Positions 1-12,908 of a stretch of DNA of 64,000 nucleotides are shown piece by piece. The DNA is from Takakia lepidozioides. Its lineage: Eukaryota; Plantae; Bryophyta. Every line of letters starts with the position of its first letter. The first letter of the stretch is position 1. The notes under the pieces were generated by a model. It made no database searches. It had not been told where the DNA came from and saw nothing but the letters and a program-made list of their open reading frames with translations. The DNA lies in NCBI GenBank assembly GCA_030704615.1, contig CM060732.1, forward strand, positions 62,744,001-62,808,000, read 5' to 3'. Position numbers and translations under genes: made by a program.

Positions 1-2044
1 ACAATCATATGTCGAATATTTATTTTATTTTGAAAATTTCATTTCAAAGTATGAAATACTCACAAAGATGCTTTATTATCATTCACAAAATTGTTTAATT
101 TCACAAAATCAATTTCCAAAATTTTCAACAATATTATAATTTGTGTCGAAATTGCCAAGGTACTATGGTATGCAATTTTCATTTCGGGCAACCTAAGACT
201 GAAAAAAAAAGAAAATCTGATGTAAGCAACTATAGAGTGTTGTTGTAATTCATTGCTCACTTGCGAATTGATGGCTAGTAAGGCTCTGATCATGAATCAC
301 GGCCTGCTTGCCTTGATGGGGGCCTTGGTATTCTGGACCATACATCTCCTTGCTTGGGAAGTGGGTCTCTAGTCTCTACCAGTGTTATATACTGTGGTAC
401 ATTATATTTAGGGCTGTGCCTGGTATATGCACTACCTAGTATGTGCACTCCTATGAAAAATCAGACCAGCCTTATATCCACTTATTAGTGGCTTACTATG
501 GTTTTGAACAGGTTGCCCCCAATAACCCTAAGATTATTACCCCGACATCACTAGACTAGTGGGGGTCTTCATTGATCTCATTGTTGTTGGAGACCAGTAT
601 ATCTCCCCCAGCGTTGTAAGAAACTCCCCTAACTTAACTTAGTATTCTTTCCAGTTACACATCCTCGGTGCGGCTCCATGAATGTCGAATGTAGTGGCAG
701 TAATTTATGGCAGTAATTGATCATTTTTAATATTTTGCCCCACGTTTTGCCATTTGTTTCTTTCTGATCTTGTTTTTTATTCTCTCATTGCCAGATCCGG
801 AAGAGAGAGTCGAATTTGCTTGCGTTGACGCAAGCATAATTTCTCCCTCTCTGCAAGCTTTGTTTCATGCGTACTTATGTGTTGCAATAAATAGAAAACA
901 CACCTAAGAACTAGAAGAGAGTTGTGAGACAATAATCAAAAGCTAGACACATCTAAACTAACGTTTGCGTTTAAGAGTAATTGTGCCTTAAGCTTAATAT
1001 TTCTATTTTTCCTGGTGGTCAATTGGAAGTCCTAGAGTTAATCGGGATGCCATTCATGAGGGGGCTCAGTTGCCCATTCAATTCGTTGTCTGATCTCTAT
1101 TACCTCATCTACTCATAGGTCTCCAAAGCCTCCATTCCACACCCATGTTGCACTTATGTTGCAATCATGGCACTCGAAGACACTACATTATGTTTAGCCA
1201 TATTATCGAACACTTTCTTTGCATCCTTGATGCACTCATATTTAGCATACATGTCCACCAAGGCAATTTTTCATATTCTATGAGCAACATTGATACAACA
1301 TTTTCAGAAATTTATGATTTATGAATCGTTAATCATTTGTCCGCTAATGAAGTTCACAGCTTATTCTTCAATATTATGCTCTCTTTCAATCTTATTTCTA
1401 AACATATCGCACATCCAAATTATGAACTATTGCTCCGCAAAACGACTAAACCACGCACAACTAATAGGCATTTTTACTTGAACATCTGATTGTCTTGCAA
1501 CGGTAACGTGTCTTCCTTAGTCCTTCATCCCTCTCCACTGTTTGTACCTAGCCATCGATGATTCACTACATAGCTCAACACCTCCGCTCTTGCTCTATCA
1601 CATCGTCTACAAAGTTTTTTTCTTTTTTCTTTTTTCTTTTTAGAAAGTTAACAACCTTAGGGCCCCGGCCGCACCCGGCTGCTAAGCGGCCTGCAAGCTA
1701 GTTAGCAACCGGTAACTGCATGGTGACGGCCACACTTGCACGTTAGGGACCCCGCTAGTAGGCTCTTAGCAGCCATTAAAAATAACGAAGGACTCCTATG
1801 ACATTTAACATCTCCTCTCCCCCAGGTGTTAAATCTCAGTCACTTGCTAAAAATCGGGTAGTGTGCTTGCGATTCATCCCACTCTGCGCGCAACAAGGTA
1901 GGTGCCCAGCTTCAGCTATGTTTCCCCGTCTTGTCTCTCCCATTCTCCCTCCATGCCGGGCCTCTCTCAATCCCTTTCATTGTCTTCTCGTTGCTTTCTT
2001 GTTTTCATTTCTTTTCTTTTTTGTTCTTTGAGTGTTCCCGGGAT

Positions 2045-2145
2045 GCAGGGTGGCTGCACGGCAGGGAGCGCGGGGCGGGAGCGAGCAAGTCACCGCAGCA
2101 ACAAGCCGTCCCCGCCACAGCAGGTAGGCCTCCCTCTCTTGCTTG
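2045..2145 (+). repeat. GC-rich ~100-bp repeat; second copy at ~3055-3066 + 3743-3846, split by a MITE
   Basis: GGGTGGCTGCAC...GGGCGGGAGCGAGCAAGTCACCGCAGCAAC...GCAGGTAGGCCT is homologous to 3743-3846. It provides the empty site for the MITE. Confidence 0.7.
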
Positions 2146-3066
2146 TGGGACTGTAGTTCGAAAACTACTGGGAGATTGGCTCTGTTGCCCGTTTGGTATG
2201 CATGCATCCCCCATGCATCCAATGCACCTCATCAAATTGACGAGCTCATTCAGAGATCTGCTGAACCTGTTGTTGACTCAACAGTGATTGCATCACAAAT
2301 TACAAGATTGCAACACACTTTTTAAAGGACCAAACTGAGGTCCGGCTAAATGGTCTCCCAGTGCAATCCAATATTAACTGATATATAGAAAAGAAGGGAA
2401 GCGAGAGACGAGAAACAAGGAAACAAGAAACTATGCCCAACAAGCACTATCCAACAAGGCCTTCTCTAAGATGTTAGGTAGGATATATAGTACACAAAGT
2501 AAAGAATAACCAAACAGCGTAGTGACGACATAAAGGCACATACAACATAGTTGTTGATATCCAGTTTAACACTCTGCAGTCTTGCATTGTGTCTTGTGTC
2601 ATGCCCTCTGCCTCAACTAGTCTTGTCTTCAACATGGATATCTGCACTCGTACCCCAAATGCCTTTTGGTAGATACACCATTTCTAACATCAATTCCTTT
2701 GGCATGTATGTAAACAACCTTCAGCATGTGACCCCACTAAATGGAGAACAGGTGATTCCATTTGAAAAGAAAGAACATGAAACAAAATTATGTCAGCAGG
2801 AGGCCAAAAAGACCCAAGGAAAAGATAAAGATTGGCCAAGAATGAGAGAGAGCATCTCCCAAGAAGTGTGAAGCGTCCACTGCTAGCCACATTCCAGATT
2901 GTTTCTATTCATTTGTCTGGGTCGTCAATGCCATTTTCAGAGTGGTAGGTGTATAGAACTCGAAGATCCCACAAAATTGTATATTTAGCTTGACTGGACC
3001 TCCAAAACCAGCTGGGTACTTGTAAGTTGTTTTTGAAATGTTTGTGTGTTCATGGGGTGGGTGGCT

Positions 3067-3742
3067 GGGTGATTGTAGCCTACAGTGTCCATTTTTACAG
3101 CACTGTTTTTTCCAGACATAGAATAGTGGTAAATTATCATACTCCTACATGACAATGCCATCAATAAAAAGGGACTAATATATAGAGGCTCATCTACATA
3201 TACTTTCACACTTTTAAATCTCATTATCAAAAACCAGAATCTCTAGATGCTATGGACTTTTAAAAAGTCCATAAGGAATTGTCACAGTTCATAAAAAAAA
3301 CACGTTATGGGCTTTCTTAATATAGGAGTTAGAATAAAGTCAAGAAAAGGGACTCTCTTAACCTTGCTTTGGAGGATGAGGAATTTGGAATGAAAACTAT
3401 CATTCAAAAATATGAAGTTAAAAAAATTATGTACTATATTGAGCCTCAAAAATAGCTATTTTCATAAAGTCCTTTATGACTAAATTCTTTTGAAATAACA
3501 AAACTTTTTTCATTAGACGCATTCATTCACCATAAATGCAGAGTTGATTATGATCAAAAAAATATTTGTGAATTGATATTACCGCAATTTGAAAATCTTG
3601 GTTTTAATAGTCAATAATAGACGGTCAAGATTGTCAGTTGAAGCAAATCCGATGGTTGAGGATTCGCCACATCCTCCTTTACGTACTCTTTTATGTACTC
3701 ATGATCTGCCGTTTTTTGGTCCACTCTAGTTTGCAATCACCC
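3067..3742. mobile_element. MITE (~676 bp), imperfect ~24-bp TIRs, 4-bp TSD GGCT
   Basis: Begins GGGTGATTGTAGCCTACAGTGTCC and ends GGTCCACTCTAGTTTGCAATCACCC. GGCT at 3063-3066 and 3743-3746. Inverted near-identical copy at 36956-37636. Confidence 0.9.
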
Positions 3743-4399
3743 GGCTGCATAGCAAGGAGCCCCGGGGGCGGGAACGAGCAGGTCACTGCAGCAACCAGCA
3801 GGCCGTCCCCATAGCAGGTAGGCCTACCGTTTTTCCCTCTTGCTTTCTTGTTTGTTTGTTTTCTTTTTTCTTTTTTTGTGTTTATGGTTTTCAATTGTGC
3901 CTTCCTCCTAGGAACAATAGCTACTCCAATTTCCTCTTCCCTGTTAGTTGCATCAGATTACTACGAACTTGTCATAGTTGTACTAACTGGTTTACATCTC
4001 TTTCAAACAGTTGCAACACCGGTGATGCTCGGGTCTTATAGAGAGCCCTGAGTGCATTTTTCAATAAGTCAACACAAAAATTATATACTCTCTTAAGTCA
4101 TCAATAAATCTACAAAGATAGCTACATTTCAGGTCGCTCTCCATTACAACCTCTTCAACAACACCTTCCACAGATAAAGAGCTCTACATATTTACAGCTC
4201 ACAATTCCGGAAAACTTTCAACACCAATGTTTTGATGACTGGAAGCCGCTGGCCGCAGAATCAGCACCTGCCTACTTGTACACAAAAACAAATAAGATAC
4301 CTCCACATTGGGTTCTCCATGTTCAACCCCATCCTAGTAAATCAAAGATGCACCTCCCCTTCATCCACCCCTGCCCAACCTGGCCACAAAGATTCAAAT

Positions 4400-4905
4400 G
4401 TTCTTCATCCAGCTCATGCAATACAAAACGTGGATCAAGCACATACCCGGCCTCGTTCACCTGCCCAAAGAACCTCTTCAGCTCAGCATGGATTTCCTCA
4501 ATTTGTGGATGTAGTTTGTCATCTACAACCTCTATCCTCCATCATCTTTCTCACATTTGCATTATCGTCCCACCTGCCAGCTGCATCATAGATGTTTGAG
4601 AGGATGTCAACCAGCATGTAGCCCAGTGGTAATGGGCACATACCACGTTGGATGTGGTTGTGGGTTCAAACCACGGTCTGGTGTGTCATGAAGGTGTCCA
4701 CCTTTCAACTGGAAGGCAGTAGCCCTTGTGGTGAAGTGACACCATAAGTTACGCTCCATTCAGGAGGCGTCATACTTTATTTTACTTTATGTTTGAGAGC
4801 AGCACGTAGCTGGCTGTAGGGTGGTGTGGATCTGACTCAATAAGGCCTTTTGCTGCACGCTCTGCTAGCTTCAGATCGTTGTGAACTCTATAGGCACCAA
4901 GCAAC
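4400..4905 (-). pseudogene. PPR E/E+ domain fragment of a PLS-DYW gene
   Basis: Minus-strand translation gives LLGAYRVHNDLKLAERAAK...IYDAAGRWDDNANVRKMMEDRG and VVDDKLHPQIEEIHAELKRFFGQVNEAGYVLDPRFVLHELDEE. This is homologous to the E/E+ region of the 18618-21467 gene, with an internal deletion and a SINE insertion. Confidence 0.85.
4603..4788 (+). mobile_element. tRNA-derived SINE
   Basis: A-box TAGCCCAGTGG (~4619-4629), B-box GGTTCAAACC (~4663-4672), T-rich tail TACTTTATTTTACTTT, perfect 11-bp TSD ATGTTTGAGAG (4592-4602 / 4789-4799). Confidence 0.85.
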
Positions 4906-7093
4906 ACAACTCCCTCTTCCTTACAGGTTTTCGTAGTCATGGAGTCAAGTAGCTCCCACGGGCTCCGTCCACCATAGCCGCGAGGAAGACGGGCGGGCAG
5001 CCCGAAATATTTGTTTTTGCGCTCCTGTTAACAAACTGCTGCGTGGCAGTTTGTTAGCAGCCAGGTGCGGCCGCCGCCCAGTTTCCTGCCATACCTTCTA
5101 GCTAACCGGTGCGCTAGTTGCGGCTAGTGGCCTGCTAGCTAACCGGAAGGTGTGGCCGGGGTTATGTCCAATCTACTATTCCATTCCCACATACACGACT
5201 CCATGATTTCTGCACAAAGTAATAAATCAGCTCCTTAGGAAATTAATAACTTCCAAATTGGAATGCTGGGTTTCTTGAAATATAATCTCTCATGTTATCT
5301 AATTTTCCGCGATAATGCAACTCACATACAAAAGCTATATGAGCTTGAAAAGACCCAACTTATGCATAACTATGTAGCCATTTTACTACATCTCTGGTCA
5401 TAACATAGGGCATAATGTACCCCGAAAAGTACACCGGGCAATTAATGTCGAGCATACGACGATGCCCCTTGGAGTGAAGAGCTCGGAGGAAAGGGAGGTA
5501 GGTGATAATGCGCTGTACTGGGTCAACATAGGAGTGTTGAAGGCATATGGTTTAGGCATGCTCTCTGGGCCATGGCTTAGAGTCTAGCCAAGATGGGAAC
5601 TTTGGGAGCAAAATCCGAAAACCTAGCAAATTCCCGTTAGTTATAATGGATCAAGGTAATAATGGCGTCGCCCAGTAATGTGACTAATCTACTGCTAGGC
5701 CATGGCTTACAGTGACTTTACATGCTCACTCATTGCCCGTGATTATGCCGTGAGGCCCAATATTTGCTTCTATCTTTCCCCTTCTTATGCTTAAACATGC
5801 ACTATCCACTCGTTATCCTACACCATTTACCCGTTGACGAGCACTGGGGCTTGCAAACACATCCTACAGACCATGCGTCGTGTGAGATTAGGAGGTTGTC
5901 TACTCACGATCAACATTGATAGCAAACCTCCACGTTCCAGTCATCTCTAGCCCTAGAACAAAGAACTAAACATTGAAAGATCTGAACATTGTTTCGTCTC
6001 AACGTAGGTTAATTGAATGATGATCAAATTGATATGACATCTTGTGGACGTAAGAAATTATGTCTTGCTTTCTTTCTTTGTCTATGAATCATATATGTAG
6101 GTTGAAATTGAGCGGTTAATGATATCACATGTAATTAGAACAATACATGCAATTTATTTGATCAACATCTCAAAGATTATATCATTTATTCAATTTTTTT
6201 AATGTATTGAAAAGGGATGAAATCAGATGAAATCGTCAATTTCATCAAATCTTGAAATTGCCATCTTGTTTTCTTTCTTTGTCTCTGAATCACATACTAA
6301 TATTGAAATTGAATGGTTAAGGATATTATATGCGATTGCAGCAATAGATGCAATCATGTGATCAAAGGCTCGACGGCGCACAAGCTGGTGGTAGCCAGTG
6401 ACCTCCACGCTCCGAAAGGGTCCTCACATGGCAAGGCCTATTGGCATTCTTGCCCTAGAAGCGTGGTCAAAAGACAAATGTGACCCGTGACAATGGTGAC
6501 GACACTCAATGGATACGAATGAGCATGTAAAGTACCTCTTAGGGTCTAGCCCATTGGCCCGAGATGGGAACTCTTCACAGGGACGAGATCCAAAAACCTA
6601 GCGCGTCCCCATTAGCCATAATTGGTTTCTAGGGCCACTGTCCCATATTTAAAAAACAAATAAAAGTGATCAAGATAATTATGACACCGCTTGGTGTACA
6701 CCCTCCCAATAGAGATGCAATCCCTTACAGGTGGTCCCCTCCATGTTCTATCGTCATTCCTATTGGGATGACCACATGTGGTTCTTTTATTGCCTACACT
6801 ATGACGAAAGATAGGCCTACCATATTAGATTTAGGCTAAATCCATCATTTTTTCAATTGCAACCTCATTTCTTTTCACCCGGGTCGCCAAGACATGCGCA
6901 AGGTTGAAATTTGGTGATAAATTGCAATAAAAGAATGACTTGTCACGCAGGATGGAAGATACATAAAATATATACATAGAACCGTTCAAAGCATTGACAA
7001 ATGATGCTTATGCAGTCATAGGTCACTATATATTGCGACGTGCATCCATGCCACAGTGTGTACGGTCATGGGTATATGTTTGGTAATAGGCCA

Positions 7094-8990
7094 ATATATA
7101 TACATAACGCCAGCCGAAGCTAGCATAAGTAAGAGCCTCTTCCCTTTGTGGAAACTGCCTCCTTTTGGGGGTGGGTTCTATGGTAACTGGAACCAAGTAC
7201 TAAGCGGTTAGCTGGCCGCTTTCAATCTTTCTTTTGTTGAGGATAATAACTGTGAGTGAAGTGATGGCTGTGAAGTGCATGGTTCGTAGCAGGGGGGCGG
7301 TAAAATATTTCGGAGGTAGCTGTAGGTTTTCCTTTAAGATTTGAGTGTTGTGGCAATGAGCAGTACCTCCTCTGACACCAGTGGTGATGATCGTTAGTGG
7401 GGCGGTGTTCCATCCATACTGATGTACTGATCCGGGTCTTTGTCATGACAGAAAGTGAATTCGATGATATGAATGGTAAGGGATGGGAGTGGGTTTGTTG
7501 GTACTTGTGAGGAGATGGGGAATCCTTAGACAAGAAGAATATATGGGCATAGTCTTGCAAGACAAAGGCATGGGTAGTTGACACATGTACATGGTAATAA
7601 CCATGAGGGTATTGTGTGGTCTGGTGGTCTACATTGGAACGTGCCTGCATTAACGAGGTTGTACCATTTGGATTTAGGGTGTGATAAAAGGAGTTTGTGA
7701 AGTTGTCAGACTTCTTGGTTATGTTGAGTAATGTGAAAACCATGGATAATGGGGTGGTTAATTACAATGGAGAAGAAGATGCGGCCATGTGTCCACCCGA
7801 GGGGGTTGTGCATGGCATAGCGAGTACAATGGGGATATAATAGAGGCCAAAATAAGTTGCGGCGTTAGTTTCCCATATATTGTCCATAGCGAAATCGGAG
7901 TGTTTGTTTAATTTGGGCATCTGTGACTGTGGATGATGTCCAGTAGTGATTTAGATATATTATGAATAAGATGAGGCGACGCAACCCATTTTCATATGTA
8001 GACAGTAGGACCTTATGTAGGTAGGTGATGCTTGGTTTTGCTCTCTAGTTTCAGTGCAACATATGTATGCAAGTCTCGAATGGGGGCTATGACATCTGGG
8101 AATGTAGATTTCGTTGACGTTAGCCGGAATGGGTGTGTGTGTGCCATAGAGTCATTGGTGGGGTAGGTAGTAGGTTGAATGACTTCTAGTTGGGCAAGTT
8201 GGTCTGCTATCTCATTACCTGTGATGCCTATGTGGGAGCGGACCTTATGGAGATGGATGTGAAGCAGGGATGAGCTCACAATATCTATTATCGCTTTAAT
8301 AAGGTTGAGGTCTGGGTGATGGATTTGGGAGGAGGGTTTAAGGTTTTGGTTAGAATGTATGTACTCATAAGATGTTGTTTGCCATAGCCTTGTGGCCATT
8401 GACCTCGTGCCCAGTTTGAGCGGAACCCAAAGGGACAGAACTTACCTCTGTCAAGACTTACCTTGATATAGAACTTTGATCTAGGTTGTCTAGATATCCT
8501 CTAGAAATCCCTTCACACAAGCATCAATCTGCTGTGTGTGGTTTGCCCAATAACTAGGCCCCAGAAGGGCCTGGGCTTTTGGCTCACCCTTGAGACTTTC
8601 AAAGTTGGTAAACAGAGGTACAGGCACAATTCCCTTGATAAGGTTTTGGTTAGAGAGAAGGTATAAGGAAACCAGGCTATCTCTAAAGATGTAATATGTC
8701 AAACCAGATTGGTATGGCAGGGCTTTTAGGGCATCATGTATAGCCAGCTCTACCCTTAGGATATTTTGGCGGTCTGGGAGACGGTTGTACGTTCTTAAGC
8801 TGGTATTGGTAGTGTAGGTACCATATCCTACATGTGCATCTTTTAGGGAGCCATCTGTATATACACATTGGTTAGGAGGGTATTTTAAAAGTGTGATGGT
8901 TGTGAAATCCGGGGGCTTCCATATTTCGCTCATGGAGCATGCATTTTAGGGAGACAGAAGTATGGAGAGACACTTAGCAAGCTGGATCAT
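7094..8990 (-). mobile_element. 5'-truncated, decayed copy of the Dualen-like LINE family (RNase H + RLE + 3' end)
   Basis: VYTDGSLKD...LRVELAIHDAL and HLHKVRSHIGITGNEIADQLA (RNase H). INAGTFQCRPPDHTIPSWLLPCTCVNYPCLCLARLCPYILLV aligns with the C-terminus of the 30083-41343 element. The 3' terminal motif is homologous. The 5' boundary is approximate. Confidence 0.8.
8355..8638 (-). mobile_element. Short retro-insertion, family B (SINE or LINE 3' end)
   Basis: Perfect 16-bp TSD TAAGGTTTTGGTTAGA (8339-8354 / 8639-8654), splitting the RNase H of the host LINE. Homologous to 24885-25110, 29352-29390 and 49889-50424. Confidence 0.9.
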
Positions 8991-11900
8991 GTCAATTTTA
9001 TAAGCATAAATATTGCAATATACTCTTAGATAGGGGTGAAATCCAAAAGCCAGCACATCCCCATTAGCTACAAGATAATAATGGCGCTACATGATATTTT
9101 GACCTTCATGGGACCTAGGCCAAGGGTCACAATATGAGCATACCATTCACTTCTAAAACTGACAATAGCTATGTCGTTGTTTTTCTGCGATGATAGGATA
9201 GTGCCAATCGGTTTCTCCTAGGCTCACTTAACATTTTTTCACTCACGTCAGTTCTTCGTGCTCTCACAACTTCCACGAAATGTGTCCGTTACATGCCAAT
9301 GAGGACACTCCGCCCTTGGCTTAAGACACTTGAGATTAAAAATTGGATTACCCAATATTGTGTCCAAATATCTTATGTCAATGGGAGTGGTAAACTTTCC
9401 ATAAATTTAGCTTTGTTGGCATCAAGGGGTGGCATATGTCAGAATATAGCCAAACATGAACTTGAAAGGTTCCCTTACAAATTGGCGGACTTCGGGGCTC
9501 CATGGAGGTGATAATGAAGCCCCAATGAAGCCTGATGGCCTCTTACACATGGTATAAATTAGAAGAAAGTTTGAAGCAAACATAATCCGATGTTATGGAA
9601 GCCTAATAATCTAAGCCTTGGGCGGCCCAAAACCCAACCTTGATATACAAGCTAGGTGGGCCCTCTAGCACCCACAAGATGCCCAAGTGCATTGGGCCCA
9701 CGTACACCCCCGCTATATATGGCCACAGCTGGCATATGTTATTTGAAGAAAGAAAAAGAAAGGAAAAAGGATGATGCCTCTCTACGGAAGCATAAATTAT
9801 GGTGTCTCTTCATCCTAGGGACCAACCCTATCTCTTTAGGCGATATTCAGCCTAAAAGCACCAAAAAAGAGGGGGCTGTGACACCCCTTTGTAAAAAACA
9901 GGGGCCTGAAAAAAAAAAGAACCAGAAAGTGTCCGTTCCCGGCGGGGTGGTGCCATATAGCACCATGGGAACCAGCCCTTTTTGCCTGGGAAGTGAGTTC
10001 CCTTGTGCCCTAAACCCAATGGTCGGCGCCCTATGCTTGCCACTTGCACTTGTGAGGGTCGTCCGATCTCCAGGGTTTGGTGGGCTGGAGAGACATGTCG
10101 TCGCCGCCGCGGCCCATCCCACATTGGGCTATGGTGCCTGGAATGCTACCTTGGCGTTTTCATCATAGCTAGCTTTCAACAATACATGGGCTATGGAGCC
10201 ACCTATTTCTTGCCCCAGTCCCAGAAGTGTCGCACGTGCAATATATTCATGCTGCGAAAAAATCGCCCTATCGTACAATAGCTCAGCAAACATGTAGCTA
10301 GGTAGGATCCAGGTGGACATTCTAATAGGCGCCACCTCTGCACTTATCCCAAGCATTTTGTAGCTACCTCCACGACTATATTGCATAATTGAAAAAAAAA
10401 GGGCTGCTAGGGACTACTGCCTTCCGGTGGAAAATGGAGACGTCTCCGAAACAGCACATCAGCTGGGCAAGTAAAAGTTTAAGCCCACTCGGAAAGGCCT
10501 CTTATGCCCTTATTGATGCCCGCCGCTCCCCTCAATGTCCTCCTAACACTAACGCTGGAACGTACGTGGCTTCATTGTCGGTTTCATTTGCGTTGAAACC
10601 AATGTCATGCCAATGATGTGTGTTGATTGTGACACAAGACCAGCAACAATCTCCCAGTTGTTGATAAGCATGGTGGTTGTATCGCCGCACCATAGCCCAT
10701 TTCGTGCATTCTACCATCCATCCGTGAGTAGTAGCATGACCGACTTATACCATAGTATCAAAACTTGAATAGCATTTTGGCCAAATGTAGTGCAATTGAA
10801 ATATTTGGGCATGATTTTAAGAAGATCCAACAACTAGTACCTCTATTGTCTACCATGCAAATTAAAGGCCTGTGAAAATACGTGTTTGAAGGAAGCATGT
10901 GAAGGCCTCACAAATTGGATCCATGAAAAAACACTAGTGCAATGATCCATTGCCGAACACGGCCAATGAATGACTGAATAATCCCAGAAAAAGCCAGAAA
11001 TGAGCCTACGAACCACGTGCACATATTTGACGCAAGGGTAAGCGGATCTCTGACACGTCAAGATTTCCAGACAGCATGACATCAGTTCAGGTATTGACAG
11101 TTAATGGCAGTTAGGTCCACACTCTGTTGGATGAAAAGATGCCCTTATGGATGAAGGTTTTGGGTCTGTCCATGTCCGTGACGAGGACTATGTGTAGTAG
11201 AAATGGCCACGTCTCCGCCCCGCTGTTGCTTCCTGGAACAGAGCCTCAGATATTGTTACTAATATACTACTATTTCTCAGATACCTTGTCTTGACTGTTT
11301 GCCACCCTAGATTCATTCACATTTTGCTTCATCCCACGTTGGATGTAAAAGTAGAGTACTTCCCTGCGCTTCCATCATGCTTTTCACAAGGACACTGAAC
11401 TTGGGCCTCCCCTTTCTGCAGAAAAAAAACCCAGAAACAAGACACTTGTGAGTGACATTTGGATCAATCCGTAAAGCTTCAGAAAAGTGACTGTACAAGT
11501 GTTTACAAGAATCTCTAAGTTTAGTGAGAAGACAACCCACATTTTATTTTTGTGTTGTGAGTTGATGGATGAGTAATCACAAGCAACACGCTGTCAAAAC
11601 TACATGGAAGATAACGGATGCAAATATGTCTTAAGTTTCATCCACAGTTGAGGATTTCGAGATGTTGTCGGACATGGCACCTGAAAGACACGGGCCATGT
11701 CCCAAAGGCTAATTTGTTGAGGGAAACTGACGGTTGATTGGGTGTGACCCAGTCAAAATGCGCAACTGTAGGGCACATAGGGGGGTTGATGTTTGTGCAT
11801 TTATGGAATTTTTTTTCTACCCAATTTGCTGCTTTTCCGGCTGCGGCTGCCAGGCGGCCGCAGCCTTTTTGGTCCTGTAGAATTTTCATTCCCTGCTCCA

Positions 11901-12166
11901 GTCATTAATGCAGGAAGGTCGTTGGTTTCCCACACATGAGCAAAAAGACAAGGATTTTCCCTGTAGGAAATTCCTGACAAAAGGAACAATGCAAACCCAC
12001 TGCATAGGTATTGTGTGGCCGTTGTGAAACAAGTTCCTAATAATCTCCTGCTAACAAGTTTGCTAAGCATCCAAAGGGCTGTGGATTAGTGATGGAGATG
12101 AAAGTACTTGAAATTCGGACCAGAACATAGACTGGGTTTCTTGTAAGCATCACTTGTTACTTAGTA

Positions 12167-12245
12167 GAAGAAGAAGACTGGGCCGAAGTAAGACATAACT
12201 AAGAGCCACTTCGCCTTGCGCTTACTGGCCCTTTGGGAGTAGGCA
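12167..12245 (-). mobile_element. ~80-bp extreme 3' stub of the Dualen-like family
   Basis: Reverse complement CCCAAAGGGCCAGTAAGCGCAAGGCGAAGTGGCTCTTAGTTA...CTTCGG...TCTTCTTCTTC matches 41262-41343. Imperfect TSD TGTTACTTAGTA / TGTTACTTTTAGTA. Confidence 0.75.
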
Positions 12246-12901
12246 TGTTACTTTTAGTATACTATGATTCTATTTTTAAGTGAAAATTTTCCAGAATGTT
12301 TGAACTCTTGCTATAAAATTTAAATTTGGTGTATTATTAGTGGTCCCACTCGCATCATGCGTGAGTGAACAAGCTTGTTGATTATAATTTTAGAGCAGTC
12401 CTGTCGTCAACCACATGTACTACTACTTGGTATGCGAGTCAACCACCGGATATTTAAACCCAAAAAAAGAATAGAGAAAAATGGCACATTTTCCGGCGGC
12501 ACTTGAGTAAAAGTTTCATAAATAAATAAATAAATATTTTTATGTACAAAATTTAAATACATAACTGATATGGTGGTGCCAAGTGTGGGTAGGCTTAGAT
12601 GGATTTGAGTGTTTTTATTATGTTTTTGAGAAAGAGACACCATCAATCATTAAATAAAATAAAAATAAAGTAAAAATAAAAATAAATAAATTCACCATCA
12701 ATCGGTTTCTTTCTTGAGAAAAGAAAAAAAAGAAAAAAGAATCAGTTTCGAAGTGAGAGATCGAACTTGAGAAAAAAAAAAAAAAAAGATCGAACTTAGA
12801 TAATAATAATAATCTCTGTAAACTCCAATTCATGAATACCTAGCTCTTTAACCTGGGGTTTAGTACTAGATCCTGGTGTAGGAACCGGGTAGGGCCGGTG
12901 A

Positions 12902-12908
12902 GCCACGT
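12902..12908 (-). promoter_or_regulatory. Candidate ABRE (ACGTGGC) upstream of the AP2/ERF gene
   Basis: GCCACGT at 12902 and at 11206, both within the same 12-mer GCCACGTCTCCG. G-box CACGTG at ~13393. Motif match only. Confidence 0.25.

Larger units (their letters stand above)
1661..5161. mobile_element. Putative non-autonomous TIR DNA transposon (PIF/Harbinger-like ends) with heterogeneous cargo
   Basis: CCCCGGCCGCACC (1663-1675) is the inverse of GGTGTGGCCGGGG (5149-5161), 12/13 match. GGCCGCACCCGGCTGCTAA (1667-1685) matches the reverse complement of 5054-5072, 18/19. TTA lies near both ends but no clean TSD can be fixed. Confidence 0.4.

Noticed and set aside
2620-2700. Copia RT fragment on minus (LEMVYLPKG / KTRLVEAEGMTQ)
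   Set aside because: Too short and degenerate to support by eye.
4603-4690. tRNA gene
   Set aside because: A and B boxes are present but there is no convincing cloverleaf; TSD and tail indicate a SINE.
5560-6630. Diverged local duplications (5570-5650 vs 6540-6625; 6060-6150 vs 6260-6350)
   Set aside because: Old repeat debris with no definable boundaries or function.
9656-10386. Overlapping 85-170 aa ORFs in a GC-rich patch
   Set aside because: No recognisable domain. Probably transposon subterminal sequence, but no termini could be defined.
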